From positions 32,001-96,000 of the forward strand of contig CAVSAC010000011.1 of assembly GCA_963725865.1 (NCBI GenBank): a DNA stretch of 64,000 nt, in the 5' to 3' direction. Made by a program: the position numbers and the translations under genes. Shown here piece after piece: positions 63,774 to 64,000 of the stretch. The first letter of the stretch is position 1. Every line of letters begins with the position of its first letter. A model generated the notes under the pieces. That model had not been told where the DNA came from. It made no database searches and saw only the letters and a list, made by a program, of their open reading frames with translations. This DNA comes from Candidatus Eiseniibacteriota bacterium. Its GTDB lineage: Bacteria > Eisenbacteria > RBG-16-71-46.

Positions 63774-64000
63774 GCGCGCCGCGGCACGCACGGTGCTGGT
63801 CGCTCGCGGCGATCGCGGCGGCGATCGGCTCGGGCGGCTGCGCCCACCTCGTGGTGCTGCACGACCCGCTCACCGCCAGCGAGCACAACGACCTCGGTGT
63901 GGCGTACGAGTCGAGCGGACAGACGGACCTCGCGGCGAAGGAGTACCGCAGAGTCCCTGCGCCTCGACCCGCACCAGAGCCGCGCCTGGGTCAACCTCGG
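63770..64000 (+). CDS. TPR lipoprotein (truncated by window end)
   Basis: ATGA overlap with the peptidase; GGC lipobox; LHDPLTASEHNDLGVAYE..G..DLAAKEY. Confidence 0.8.
   Translation, partial: MSAPRHARCWSLAAIAAAIGSGGCAHLVVLHDPLTASEHNDLGVAYESSGQTDLAAKEYRRVPAPRPAPEPRLGQPR

Overview
Very GC-rich, gene-dense bacterial window. Single-base indels are pervasive and even hit housekeeping genes such as miaB and queF, which points to unpolished long-read sequence, so most genes below are reconstructed across frameshifts and many boundaries are approximate. Several secreted proteins share a C-terminal FlgD-Ig/T9SS-CTD-like domain, suggesting an FCB-related diderm such as Ca. Eisenbacteria (inference). 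Left part: a PP2C - LytS kinase - TPR - TonB receptor - LytTR locus in which the kinase and the phosphatase share a homologous membrane sensor domain and both sit behind 21-bp-period LytTR-type boxes. Middle: acyl-CoA dehydrogenase, ggt, fused 2-oxoacid dehydrogenase E1, penicillin acylase, ROK kinase, miaB/queF, a giant S8 protease, a second PP2C, type III PKS plus methyltransferase, PPK2, a CoA transferase paired with an apparently catalytically degenerate alanine-dehydrogenase-like protein, MFS transporters, a B12 radical SAM enzyme, a secreted nuclease, a Ser/Thr kinase and a propeller protein with an internal ~320-bp tandem duplication. Right part (52.5-64 kb): an island whose sigma54 regulon can be read from the DNA. 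It has four clusters of a TTGAAG-N3-CTTCC/A enhancer-like motif, each 103-110 bp from a TGGC-type GG-N10-GC promoter, with six such promoters in total. These precede microproteins, a stand-alone EVE/PUA-like protein, a hybrid kinase and an envelope operon ending in a PA2779 (double-glycine) - C39 peptidase - TPR module. No rRNA, tRNA, CRISPR array, transposase, integrase or reverse transcriptase was recognised.
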